Assembly: GCF_018977255.1 (NCBI RefSeq)
Contig: NW_024704742.1
Location: forward strand, 107,696,001-107,760,000
Reading direction: 5' to 3'
Length of the DNA: 64,000 bases
DNA from: Callorhinchus milii
Taxonomy: Eukaryota
Positions 1 to 10,732 of this stretch are shown here, piece by piece; position 1 is the stretch's first letter; every line of letters begins with the position of its first letter. A model generated the notes under the pieces. It was not told the origin of the DNA and made no database searches. It worked only from the letters and a program-made list of their open reading frames with translations. Position numbers and translations under genes: made by a program.

Positions 1-387
1 ATGACCTGTTTCCATGCTAAAGCATTCTATGTAATTTCAGAGGAAAGTAACAATAGTGAACACTGATTCATTAGCAAAAGTGGAAAATAAATGAGTTTGG
101 TTATTTATAAAATGAAAGTTGTTTCATTTTGGAGACAAAGAAAATCAAAAAAGCTAACCCATGTTTTTTTAGATGCTGAAAGCCATGGTTGTAATAGATG
201 TAACCAAGACTAAAGTGCACTATGATTATACAGCTACACAAGTAAAACAATCAACAACAAACAAGCAAACCAAGAGATGAGACCCACCGTTTAGTAGATT
301 TGTGAAATTATTCCGAGTAAAATAATTGAATGCTGTGTGGAAGAATTTCTTTGAAAAGAGTTGAGTATCTGCTTAAGATTGGAATTG

Positions 388-780
388 TAATAATAATAAT
401 CCTTACAGCACCTTTCACATCAGGAGACATCTCAAAGCACGTCACAAGATATACTGTGAAATAGAGTGACTTGTAGGTGAACGTGGCAGCCGATTGTGCA
501 CAGCAATGTCCCACAAACAGTCATGAAGTGAATGACCAATATTATTTGGCTACTTGTTAGCTGGGACAATAGGAAACATTGCCTGATCTTTGCGAATAGT
601 GCCGCGGGATCTTTAACTTTCACTTTAACAGGCATCCAAAGGATGGCACCTCCAATAATTTAGTGCCCCCACCCAAGCCCAGCATTGGAATGTAGACTGT
701 ACCCCAAGTCCTGATGTGGGGCTTGAACCCACAACCTTCTGACTGAAGATACTAGAGTACTATGAACTGTCCCAGGCTGA
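388..780 (-). mobile_element. Old tRNA-derived Deu-domain SINE (SacSINE1/AmnSINE1-like)
   Basis: Reverse strand reads a tRNA-like head (tcagcctgggacagtt...gaaggttgtgggttcaagcccca), Deu-type core (gtttgtgggacattgctgtgcacaatcggctgcc) and (ATT)n tail. Confidence 0.8.
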
Positions 781-899
781 AACTCTAAGCTACTGTGAAT
801 TCAAAGCTACAACAAACACAAAAGGGAACTCTGTGATTCCTGTGCTATCAGTTCTCTTTACCTAAATCAATATTCACAAGTGAAATTAAGAACAAAAGC

Positions 900-1190
900 T
901 ATAAAAGGTGACACAAATATACAAAAAGGTACATAAATGATTATAGACAGGAGATAGACAAGATAAAGAAAAAAGCTAATTATGAAAAGCTATAGTATGA
1001 AGAATGAATTGAGTAGACTGGAGGGAAAAATTGGCAAACAAAGATGTTGACAACAATGGAAGATCTTTAAGCATGAGATAATAAAGGTGCAGGAGAAATA
1101 AGCAAAATTAACTCATAACGTGATGCCATGGATGAATAAGAAGGTGAAGACAAACTGCAGCTTAGCAAAAAAAAATTTGAAAAGTACAAG
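900..1190 (+). mobile_element. Highly degenerate CR1 ORF2 fragment
   Basis: Purine-rich segment resembling the EN-RT linker of the CR1 at 4850-5100 (caacaatggaagatctttaag...ccatggatgaataag). Confidence 0.5.
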
Positions 1191-1207
1191 TAAACCCCCC
1201 AAATAAA

Positions 1208-1380
1208 AAATAATAATAATAATCCTTACATTTGATATAGCAACTTATCATGTCGATGAAATGTCTCAAAGCCCTTCAGGGGATTTACTGTAACGTGGAG
1301 TGACTGTGTATTTTGTGGGTGAAACGTGGCAACCAATTGCGCACAGCAGTGTCCCACAAACAGCTGTGGAGTGAGAGATC
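1208..1380 (-). mobile_element. SINE 3' fragment (Deu domain plus tail)
   Basis: aataataatccttacatttgatatagc...caattgcgcacagcagtgtcccacaaacag is the reverse complement of the SINE 3' half. Confidence 0.75.
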
Positions 1381-3011
1381 AACATTTTATTTATTTTTTA
1401 TTTGTGGGGATTGTTGACCAGGACACCAAGAGAGAGAAACTCCCAATGGGTCATTCACTTCATGGATGTAAACAAGCCATTGCTTTGTGCAAATGGCTGT
1501 TGTGTTTGTCAAAAACACAGTTACTACAGTTTTGCTGATATGAAAAACACTATACCAAATGTAAGGATTATTATTATAAGATATGTAGAAAGTGAAGTGT
1601 AAAAAATGGAATCAACACAGTGTTGCAGTAATGAGTGCTCTTCTGAGTGGGGATGGGGAGGAATACATTTTCTTGGGACAGAGGAAGGTATCTTTGGTCT
1701 GTGCTTGACAAACGCAATGCTTGGCCTGAAAGTACTTGAATCAGATATCCACATTCAAAAATGGAATTGTCAGCTAAACAATGTGACACATGATGTATTT
1801 GAAAATTGTACCATTTCATGGCTGTTCGTGGAACATTGCTGTGCACATATTGGCTGCTGCATTCCCCTACCACATTTACAGTAATTTGAGACGTTAAAGT
1901 GATATGATAAAGACATAATATCAAATGCAAGGATAATTATTATTATTTTTAGAAAAGAGAAAGTCGGAAATAGCAGTTTGCTGTTAAACAGAAGAAGAAA
2001 TATATTTGGGATTAATAAAATAATAATCCTTAAATTTAATACAATGTCTTTCACATAGAGAGGATGCCTCAAAGCACTTCACAAGATTTACTGTAAAGTA
2101 TCGTGACTGTATGTTAGACAGCCATTTGAACAAAGCATCAACTGGTCTCTCATAAAATGGTCACTTGTAATGAAAATAATAATCCTTACATTTGATATTA
2201 CATCAGAAGTACGTTTCAAAGCACTTCAGAGGATGTACTATAAAGTATAATGATTGTATGTTTTGTGGCTCCACACGGCAGCCAAATGATAGACGTATAT
2301 AACATTCCTCACTTTTGATATCATGCCTTTCACGTCTGGAGGATGCTAATTCGCACACAGCGACATCCCTGAAATCAGCTGTGATTTCAGTAAGTGTAAA
2401 AAAATTAATTGTGTATTAAAGCATTGCGGATCTTTTATATTATACTTTGATTGACAGGAATTACCGGTAAACTTTCGTACTATGCTTTTTGAGTTCTTTT
2501 TCTGCAGATTTCCTTGGAGCAATGATGGTCATGTGTATGCGCTGCCTTAATAAATCGAGAACAATGTGGGTGATGGAAAAACAAGACTGAAGGTCATGAC
2601 CGTCAATCTATGTTTGACAAATTCATTATTTCTACTCTACCACATTTCAGCTGCAGGATCACTTTTTATACATCAAAGAATTCTTATAACAATTGTACAT
2701 CTGCCACTGTCTGCTGAATCCTGTATACAATCCGTTATCCTTTTGATATAACGCCTTACATGGCAGGAGGATATCTCAAAGTGCTTCATAGGACTCACTG
2801 TAAAGTGTAGTGACTATTTTACAGATGAATGTCTATATTGGAAAGATGAGATCAAATGTGTCAGAGGGCCTTCTTCATCCAAGCCAATTTTGTGATCTTG
2901 TGATGTTTTCTTGTTAGATTGCAGCAATTTGTAGATTTTCAAACAATGTTTTTTTAGTCAGCCAAGTGACTCACACACATAGAAATCCCATTACTGGGGA
3001 TACTGATAAGT

Positions 3012-3330
3012 CCGGAGACTCGGTAGTTAGAGCACTCGCCTTGCAAGCGAGAGACCTGGGTTTGATTCCCAGCAGGCCGAAACCTTCGGCAAGTTTCCTT
3101 ACTCCACACACCTGATAATAATTCCTCAAGAAAAAAAGCAAACGATAATAATTTGGTCACTTCATTCCACGACTCTATGTGGGACACTGCTGTGTGTAAT
3201 TGGCTGCTATGTTTCACCCGCAAATATAGTATCAATTCACTTTACAGTATATTCTGTGAAGTGCTTTGAGACGCCTAGAAGATGTGAAAAGCGTTATATC
3301 AAATGCAAGGATTATTATTATTATATTATT
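3012..3330 (+). mobile_element. Young tRNA-derived SINE, short subtype
   Basis: A/B-box-like head (gttagagcactcgccttgcaagcgagagacctgggtttgattccc), Deu core, tail caaatgcaaggattattatt. Confidence 0.9.
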
Positions 3331-3469
3331 ACCATGCTCAAAAGTCTCCAAACTAAACTAGTGATGTTCTACGTGTGTATGGTTTCCACTTGTCTGTTTG
3401 TAGGAGCCAAGCCTAGAGAACCCCACAATCTATTTTGAATACTCCTGGAGCTGCACAGAGAACAAGAGG

Positions 3470-3710
3470 ATGAAGGTTTAGAATTGCAATATCAGAACGG
3501 GCAATATCAGATCAGACACCACGGAAATCTTTCTTTACACAAAATATAATTAATGACTAGAACAGGTTACCAGCAAAGGTGATTGAAGCCAGAATGCTGG
3601 ACTTATTTAAGAACAGCTTGATGCTGTGATGGGAGGATGGATATTCTAGAGGGTTGAGATTAAGTGGTCTGAAAGGCTTTCTTCATCAAAACCAATCTTA
3701 TGATCTTGAG
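3470..3710 (+). mobile_element. Degenerate CR1 3' fragment
   Basis: ttctttacacaaaa...aatgactagaacaggttacca resembles the FFTQRVV..WN.LP C-terminus; followed by a CR1-like 3' end (cttatgatcttg). Confidence 0.55.
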
Positions 3711-3738
3711 TGATTGTGCAGTATCTCATTTCCCTGCG

Positions 3739-3772
3739 CCCCCCCCCCCTCCCCCCCCCCCCCCCCCCGCCC
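3739..3772. repeat. Poly-C tract
   Basis: Almost uninterrupted C run; explains the poly-Pro in ORF 3700..3948. Confidence 0.95.
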
Positions 3773-4775
3773 ATGACTGGTCTGCTCCTCTAAATCCTAC
3801 TGATGGGTTACGCTGGCTAATTTCTTATCAAGAGTGCCTTGGAGTAGTCAGACCTGCCTGGTTCAGGAACTCGATTACCAAGACTACCACAGAGGATGAA
3901 CTTGATTCCTTCCATATTCCACTGGCAGACATGTCACAAGGAGGATAGTCACTGTTTGGTCACTCGGCATCTAACAAGTACAGGTTTCAGCCCGTGAATA
4001 AGGAGCACCTCCCTTGCACTATTCACAGTCAAAGTTCAAATCAGCAATGTCAGTTGCGTTTTGGCCTGTGAGTGAGAAGGTTTGGGCGTGTTATAACCCC
4101 CCCGACCTGGGGTCGAGTGCAGGTTCACTTAAAGTGCGTACTTGTATTCTAGAAATGTGGTACTCCTAGGTTCTGGCACTAACTAACCAGCTTTCTGTGC
4201 TAAAAAGTGAACAACTTTGAGATAGTCAGATCACCACTAACATCAGTTGTGCATGGAGGTTCTGTGCAGGAAGTATTGCTGATGCGGTTTCACAAAGAAA
4301 CGTTATGGCTGGGGCATGATAACCTGAAAGCTATTTTATCGCGCTCCTTTATAATACTGGGCCTGAGACATTGAACTCAGATGACTGTTATAAACGGGGT
4401 TGGTTGGTATTTGGAAGAAAAACAAGACTTTCTCCTTGCCCGATTTCTGACAGGAGATAGAAACGGCTGCAGATTCCTGAGTTTAATGTTTATAAGTGAC
4501 TGCTCTTCACTTACATCTCACTTCACAACAAAAATGAGTTCCTTCTTAAATTATTTGATAAAGTATAAAGTCACATATCTTTGAAGGCTTTTTCAGGCTA
4601 AGCAAAAGCATATGTTTATGCAGAAAGTCTAATCTTCTTACAGAATACCTTTCTCCAGCTGCTTTCATAATCCTCCATGAGCTGGAGCTGTACAGCTTGA
4701 GCCTCACCTTACTCTTTAGCTTGTTTTGAAAAACAAATAAGCTGTTTCATTAAGTTAGAGAGAGAAGTAGTTAAG

Positions 4776-7030
4776 TCATTAAGTTAGAGAGAGATGCAGT
4801 TAAGTCCGAAGCAAAGGTTTTAAATTTAAGTAGAGCCAATTTTGCTTGTATGCAGAGGATTTAGCCAAAATAAACTGGGAAATTAGACTTAAGGATTTGA
4901 CAGTAGACCAGCAATGGCAGACGTTTAAGGAGATAATGCAAAATTCCCAGCGAGCATGTATTCCTTTGAGGAATAAGAATGCTACAGGAAAGGTGGCCCA
5001 ACCGTGGCTAACTAGACCAGTTAGGGAAAATATAAAGTTAAAGGAAGAAGCCTGTAAAACTGCTAAGATGAGTAGTAAACCCGAGGATTGGGAGAACTTT
5101 AGGGATCAACAAAGGAGAACCAAAAACGTGATTAAGAGGGAGAAAATTGAATATGAGGGCAAACTAGCGAAGAACATAAAGACAGACTGCAAGAGTTTTT
5201 ATAAATATATGAAGAGGAAGAGGCTGTCAAAGGTAAATGTGGGTCCGTTACAGGCAGAGACGGGGGGAATTATAGTAGGGGACAAAGACATGGCAGAGTC
5301 ATTAAACAAGTACTGTCTTCACCTTAGAAGACTGAAAACCTACCAAGAATAGAGGGTAACCAAGAAGACAATGTTAGCGAGCGACTTGGGGGAATTAATA
5401 TTAGTAAAGAAATGGTTTTAGGTAAATTGTCAGGTCTTAAAACTAATAAATCTCCTGGACCTGATGGCCTACATCCTAGGATTTTAAAAGAGGTGGCTAC
5501 TGCGATAGTGGATGGCTTATCTTTGATCTTCCAAAATTCTCTGGATTCCGGAACGGTTCTCATTGATTGGAAGATTGCAAACGTAACACAACTATTTAAG
5601 AAGAGTGGGAGAGAGAAGATGGGGAACTATAGATCAGTTAGTCTGACTTCAGTGGTAGGGAAAATTCTTGAGTCCTTAATTAAAGATGTCGTTTATGTGA
5701 TTCCTGGAAGACCATAACAAGATTAGGCAGAGTCAACATGGCTTTACAAAAGGGAAGTCATGCTTAACAAATCTTTTAGAGTTTTTTGTAGATGCATCTA
5801 GTAGGTTAGATAGGGGGGAACCAGTAGATGTAGTATATTTAGATTTTAAAAAAGGCATTTGACAAAGTGCCACACAAACGGCACAAGGTTAAGGCCCACG
5901 GGATTAATGGGAACATATCAGCATAGATTGAAGAGTGCCTAACGGGTAGAAAACAGAGAGTAGGGATAAATGGGTCATTCTCGAATTGGCAGGATGTGAC
6001 TAGTGGAGTGCCACAAGGATCAGTGCTTGGGCCTCAGCTATTTACAATTTACATCAATGATCTAGACGAGGACATTGAATGTAACGTATCTAAATCCGCG
6101 GATGACACTAAACTAGGTGGGAGAGTAAGTTCTGAGGATGATGCAACAAGATTGCAACAGGATATAGATAGGCTAGGGGAGTGGGCGAGTAGGTGGCAGA
6201 TGGAATTTAATGCGGGGAAGTGGAAAGTTATTCACCTCGGTAGAAAAAATAGAAAAACAGATTATTCTCTAGGGGGGGAGAGATTAGATAGTGTTAGTGT
6301 TCAGAGAGATTTGGCTGTCCTTGTACACCAGTCTCAAAAAGTTAGTTTGCAGATGCAGCAAGCAACTAAAAAGGCGAACGGCATGTTAGCGTTCATTGCA
6401 AAAGGTTTAGAATACAAGAGTAGGGAAGTCTTGCTGCAACTGTATAAGGCCTTGGTGAGACTGCATCTAGAGTATTGTGTGCAGTTTTGGTCTCCTTATT
6501 TAAAGAAGAACATACTCGCCCTAGAGGGGGTGCAGCATAGATTCACTATGTTAGTTCCTGGGATGAGCGGACTGACCTATGAGGATAGGTTGAATAAACT
6601 AGGGCTATATTCTCTAGAGTACAGAAGAATTAGGGGAGATCTTATTGAAACATATAAGATTCTTAAAGGACTGGATAAAGTAGACACTGAGGGTCTGTTT
6701 TCCCTGGTAGGAGAATCTATAACCAGGGGTCACAGTCTTAAAATTAAGGGTCAGCCTTTTAGAACAGAATTGAGGAAACATTTCTTCAGTCAGAGGGTAG
6801 TGAATTTATGGAATTCACTACCCCAGAAGGCTATAGGTGCTCAGTCCTTGAACATCTTCAAGGCTGAGACAGATAATTTTTTTTAAAAAATAGAGGGATT
6901 AGGGGATATGGGGATAGGGCAGGTAATTAGAGTTAGGTCTGAAGATCAGCCATGATCTTATCGAATGGCGGGGCAGGCTCGAGGGGCCGAATGACCTACT
7001 CCTGCTCCTAATTCTTATGTTCTTATGTTC
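4776..7030 (+). mobile_element. 5'-truncated CR1 (HER1-type) LINE with frameshifted ORF2 reverse transcriptase
   Basis: ORFs 4846-5352, 5412-5717 and 5996-6886 carry KSPGPDGLHPRILKE, NYRSVSLTS, GVPQGSVLGP, SADD (for FADD) and HFFSQRVVNLWNSLP; 3' end gatcagccatgatc...ctcctgctcctaattcttatgttcttatgttc. Confidence 0.95.
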
Positions 7031-7339
7031 ACTGCTGTACCTTCACCTTCTAATTTAGCCATTAAATAATAAATCATAAAGTAACCTTTTACCCAGAGAG
7101 GCTGCAGCAGAATGTATTCTGGGCAACACCAAGATCAAATCAGATCTTATTGTGGGTCACTGGCCATTGTGGTCCATTACTGTGCACAAATTGGCTGCCA
7201 TGTTTGCCTAGAAAATAGACAGTCACTACACATTGCAATACATCCTGTGAAGCAATTTGCAAAGTCCTCCTGACATGAAAAGTGCTATATAAAATGTAAG
7301 GATTATTATTATTATTTTTATCAGCCGCCTTCAATCACA

Positions 7340-8020
7340 TTATCTTACGATCACATTATCCTTCTCTGTTGCATCTCCTCTCAGCTCTACCTTCATGGTT
7401 CTGTCCTCTTCTGGTTTCACTCTTACCTACCCCAACATCTCCACTTTGTCTCTTCAAACAGCTTCTCTTCCTGCCCCGCGCTGACACATGTAGAGTTTCT
7501 CAAGGCTCTATCCTTGGTTCTCTGCTTTTTAATATCTACATATTGTGGAGTCCTGTAGCTCAGTGGTTAGAGCACTCGCCTCACAAATGAGAGACCTGGG
7601 TTCTGTTCCCAGCAGGGCGAAATGTTGGCCAAGTTTCCTTACTCCGCATGCCTCTGTTTACCTAGCAGTAAGTAGGACCCTGGTTGTTAATTGATTGGCG
7701 AATCACTTTTCTGGGTATAATAATCCTTCCAAAAAACAACCATTAATAATTTGGTCACTTAATCCACGACTGTTTGTGGACACTGCTGTGCACAATTGGC
7801 TGCTGCGTTTTGCCCACAAATATACAGTTAATTCACTTTACAGTATATTCTGTGAAGCATTTTGAGACGTCTAGAAGACATGAAAAGCACTATATCAAAT
7901 GCAAGGATTATTGTTATTATTATTATTATTATTACATGCTCTTGCTCAGTGATGTCATCCACAGCCATGGAGTAAACTTCCACATATCTCTAAATGACTC
8001 GCAATTCTATCTCTGTGCCT
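7340..8020 (+). mobile_element. Degenerate L2 RT fragment interrupted by a SINE
   Basis: [13 protein letters not shown] before the SINE continues as MLLLSDVIHSHGVNFHISLNDSQFYL after it; compare [26 protein letters not shown] at 62673. Confidence 0.8.
7545..7933 (+). mobile_element. Young tRNA-derived SINE, long subtype
   Basis: gtggagtcctgtagctcagtggttagagc head, internal ctctgtttacctagcagtaagtagg segment, Deu core, (ATT)n tail. Confidence 0.95.
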
Positions 8021-10732
8021 AACGCCGCCAGTGCAGACACCTCATAGTACAGCCTGTTCAAGAAGAGAGAAAAAAAGATCTGATTGTAAAAGGCAAGAAG
8101 CACAAGTTGTGCTGTTCCCTTTAATCCCTGTGAGCAGACCACCCGTGGTGGCCAGGAAGCTGTCTGATGCTGGAGCTGTCAATGCTAGCACATACACCAA
8201 AATGATTTTCACACAGACTATCACACAGCCACCACTCTTCCTGCAAGGGTGGCATGATCCGAGTCTTTTTAAAGATGTAGCTTAAGTGACCAGAGCAAAT
8301 AAACAATACGTTGTGATTTTTGGGTTTACTTACAGTGTGAATAACTATTATTTTTCCCAGCCTGTTCCTCTTTTGCTGAGCTCATCATGTGACTTATTAT
8401 ATCAATTGGATCAAGATGATTCTCCTATCACCCTCCCCCACCTCAGTCTAAATCAGAGAATCATACAATACATTTACAGTGCAACTTGCATTTATATAGT
8501 GACTTTCATGTCAGGAGGACGTCTCAAAGCCCTTTACACAACTGGCTGGTCACCAGAGTGCGTGTGTGGGGTGAGGGGATGGGGAGCTGGAAAGGATGGA
8601 GAAATTTACTATAGAGCTTTACAGCACAGAAGTTGCCCATTTGAATGCATCATGCCTGTGGCGGACTCTCTGAAAGAGCTGTTTATTTAGTTCTATTTTC
8701 CTGCCTTTTGTTTTTTGTTCTTCTAAAAACTTTATATACAAAGACATGAGGTGAAGCTCTGAGATGGGTTCAATACTAAAATAAGTACAACATTGAGCTG
8801 CTTTGTCAATATTTCTTAACAATTTGCTCATCTTATCAGTAGGTAATTATTGGTTATCCATCAGCATTAACCAGGAGTAGCTGCAGCACAGATCAGTGGG
8901 AACAGATTTCTTACTGTTTTTCTTCAAAACTAAAACTGTAAAGTGAAATTTATAACTTTAGCCAATGATTTAATAACTTGTATCAAAACCAATGGAACAT
9001 AGAATATAATTTGATTTCAAATTGTTGGTTCAGCTTATTAGACAGACCCAAGATATTCAGGTCAAGGGGTCTTATATTGAAAAAAATCTCCTTCTAGTTT
9101 ACTAAAAGGCACCTAAGTGACTAAGTACATTGTGGCACTGCAATTTTCAACATGAGGAGTTCCTTGTTTTATTCAAGTCAACTAAAGGAAGTGCCAATCT
9201 CAGTGAGGTAAGATTCCCACAGGAATGGATGGTAAATCAAAAGCTGACAGACTTCCATTAAAGTGAGAGGGTGTACTTGTCACAGAACCTCACTGCTGTC
9301 AATACTCTTACTATAACAGTATAACAGACAGTTAAAGGATACAAGAGATCTGTGATTTGAAATTCCAACTATCAGGGTCTATAAGACCTTTTTATCATAA
9401 CTATGTAAAATATAGTTTTAAGATGGAAGCTGGATCTTATTAAGAACGTGCAGAAAACCACCTTCCAAATAAAGGCTAAATTTAAGAATTTTCCACTTTT
9501 CTGAGCAATCTTAAATTTTAAGACAAAATAATAATAATCCTTGCATTCGATACAGCGATTTATCACGTCTTTGAGACATCTCAAAGCACTTCACAGGATA
9601 TACTGTACTGTATTTTGTGGGCGAAAATGACCTTAAGACTTGATGAAATTTTGAGCATCTGGAAAGGAAATGGCAAAACGAAGTACATTTCCCCAAGCAG
9701 ATACAATCATGGGCAAGGTCAAAATACACTTTGTACCAAAATGTATCCTTAGCTTATCACGAGCTCAAATATTCTATAGATAATAGAATCAACTATATGT
9801 GCATGAGTGAGGTTAGTATTAAAAACTAAGCAAGATTCTAAGTTGATCTTTCTTTATTTAATTGACACAACAATTGGAAATGACAGAATACTTAGGCTGA
9901 AAGGAGAAAAACGTTGCATTTTTAAATTGTTTTGTAACATCAAAAGGTCTTGAATGACTTAATCAATAATTGCTGACAAATGTAATGACTGTATTTTTGT
10001 AGGCAAACGCAGCAGTGATTTGTTCATAGCAAATTCCCACAAACAGTCAAGAATGTCCATTTTTCTGGAAAATAGTCACCAGGGCATTATAATATAATCC
10101 ATGCATTTGACACTGAGAGAAACTCCCTTCACTTTTGGAATAGTTTTACACGATGATTCAACTCTACCTAAAGGACAGGCAGACAGGACCTTGATTCAAT
10201 GTCTCATCTGTCATATTCCGCAACTGTCAAGCACTGAGACGCTAGCACTCAGGGACCCTACCCTGCATGAAGGGCGCTATATAAATGCAAGTTGTTGTTA
10301 TTGTTGAAGGACAGTTACAAACCAAAATGGCAGCATTTTCCTGTCCAGGCAACGCTCCTTCATCATCAAAAGTCTTAAAAATCCTCTCATCTTGTTGACG
10401 ATTTACCCTCATTTTCTGTCTTTCCCTTTGTTTGTGCCTCCCACTACTGCACTATATATCTTTTTCCAACATATAGCTGTTCGTGAGTTTGGGGTTTGTA
10501 AATAATTTAGTGTGTCAGAGAGCAACACCGTTTGACTAACTCTCTAGCTTTCTCTCGATAAAGTGGCCTTGCCCAGTTTCTGACGAACAAATGATTGAAC
10601 TTCAAATAGAAATATGGTTATTATCTGATTTTCTCCCATCTCTACATCTATCTGGGTCAAAATTAGTACCATTACTCACAAAGGCTAACAATTTAGCCAA
10701 TTGTTAAGGGCAGTTTCAATCCATTTTAGACT

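Noticed and set aside
5996..6886. Functional reverse transcriptase gene (also ORF 56300..57199)
   Set aside because: Fragments of frameshifted CR1 ORF2; the catalytic motif is altered or separated by stops
7545..7620. tRNA gene
   Set aside because: The tRNA-like head runs into a SINE body in every copy and has no complete acceptor stem; it is SINE-derived
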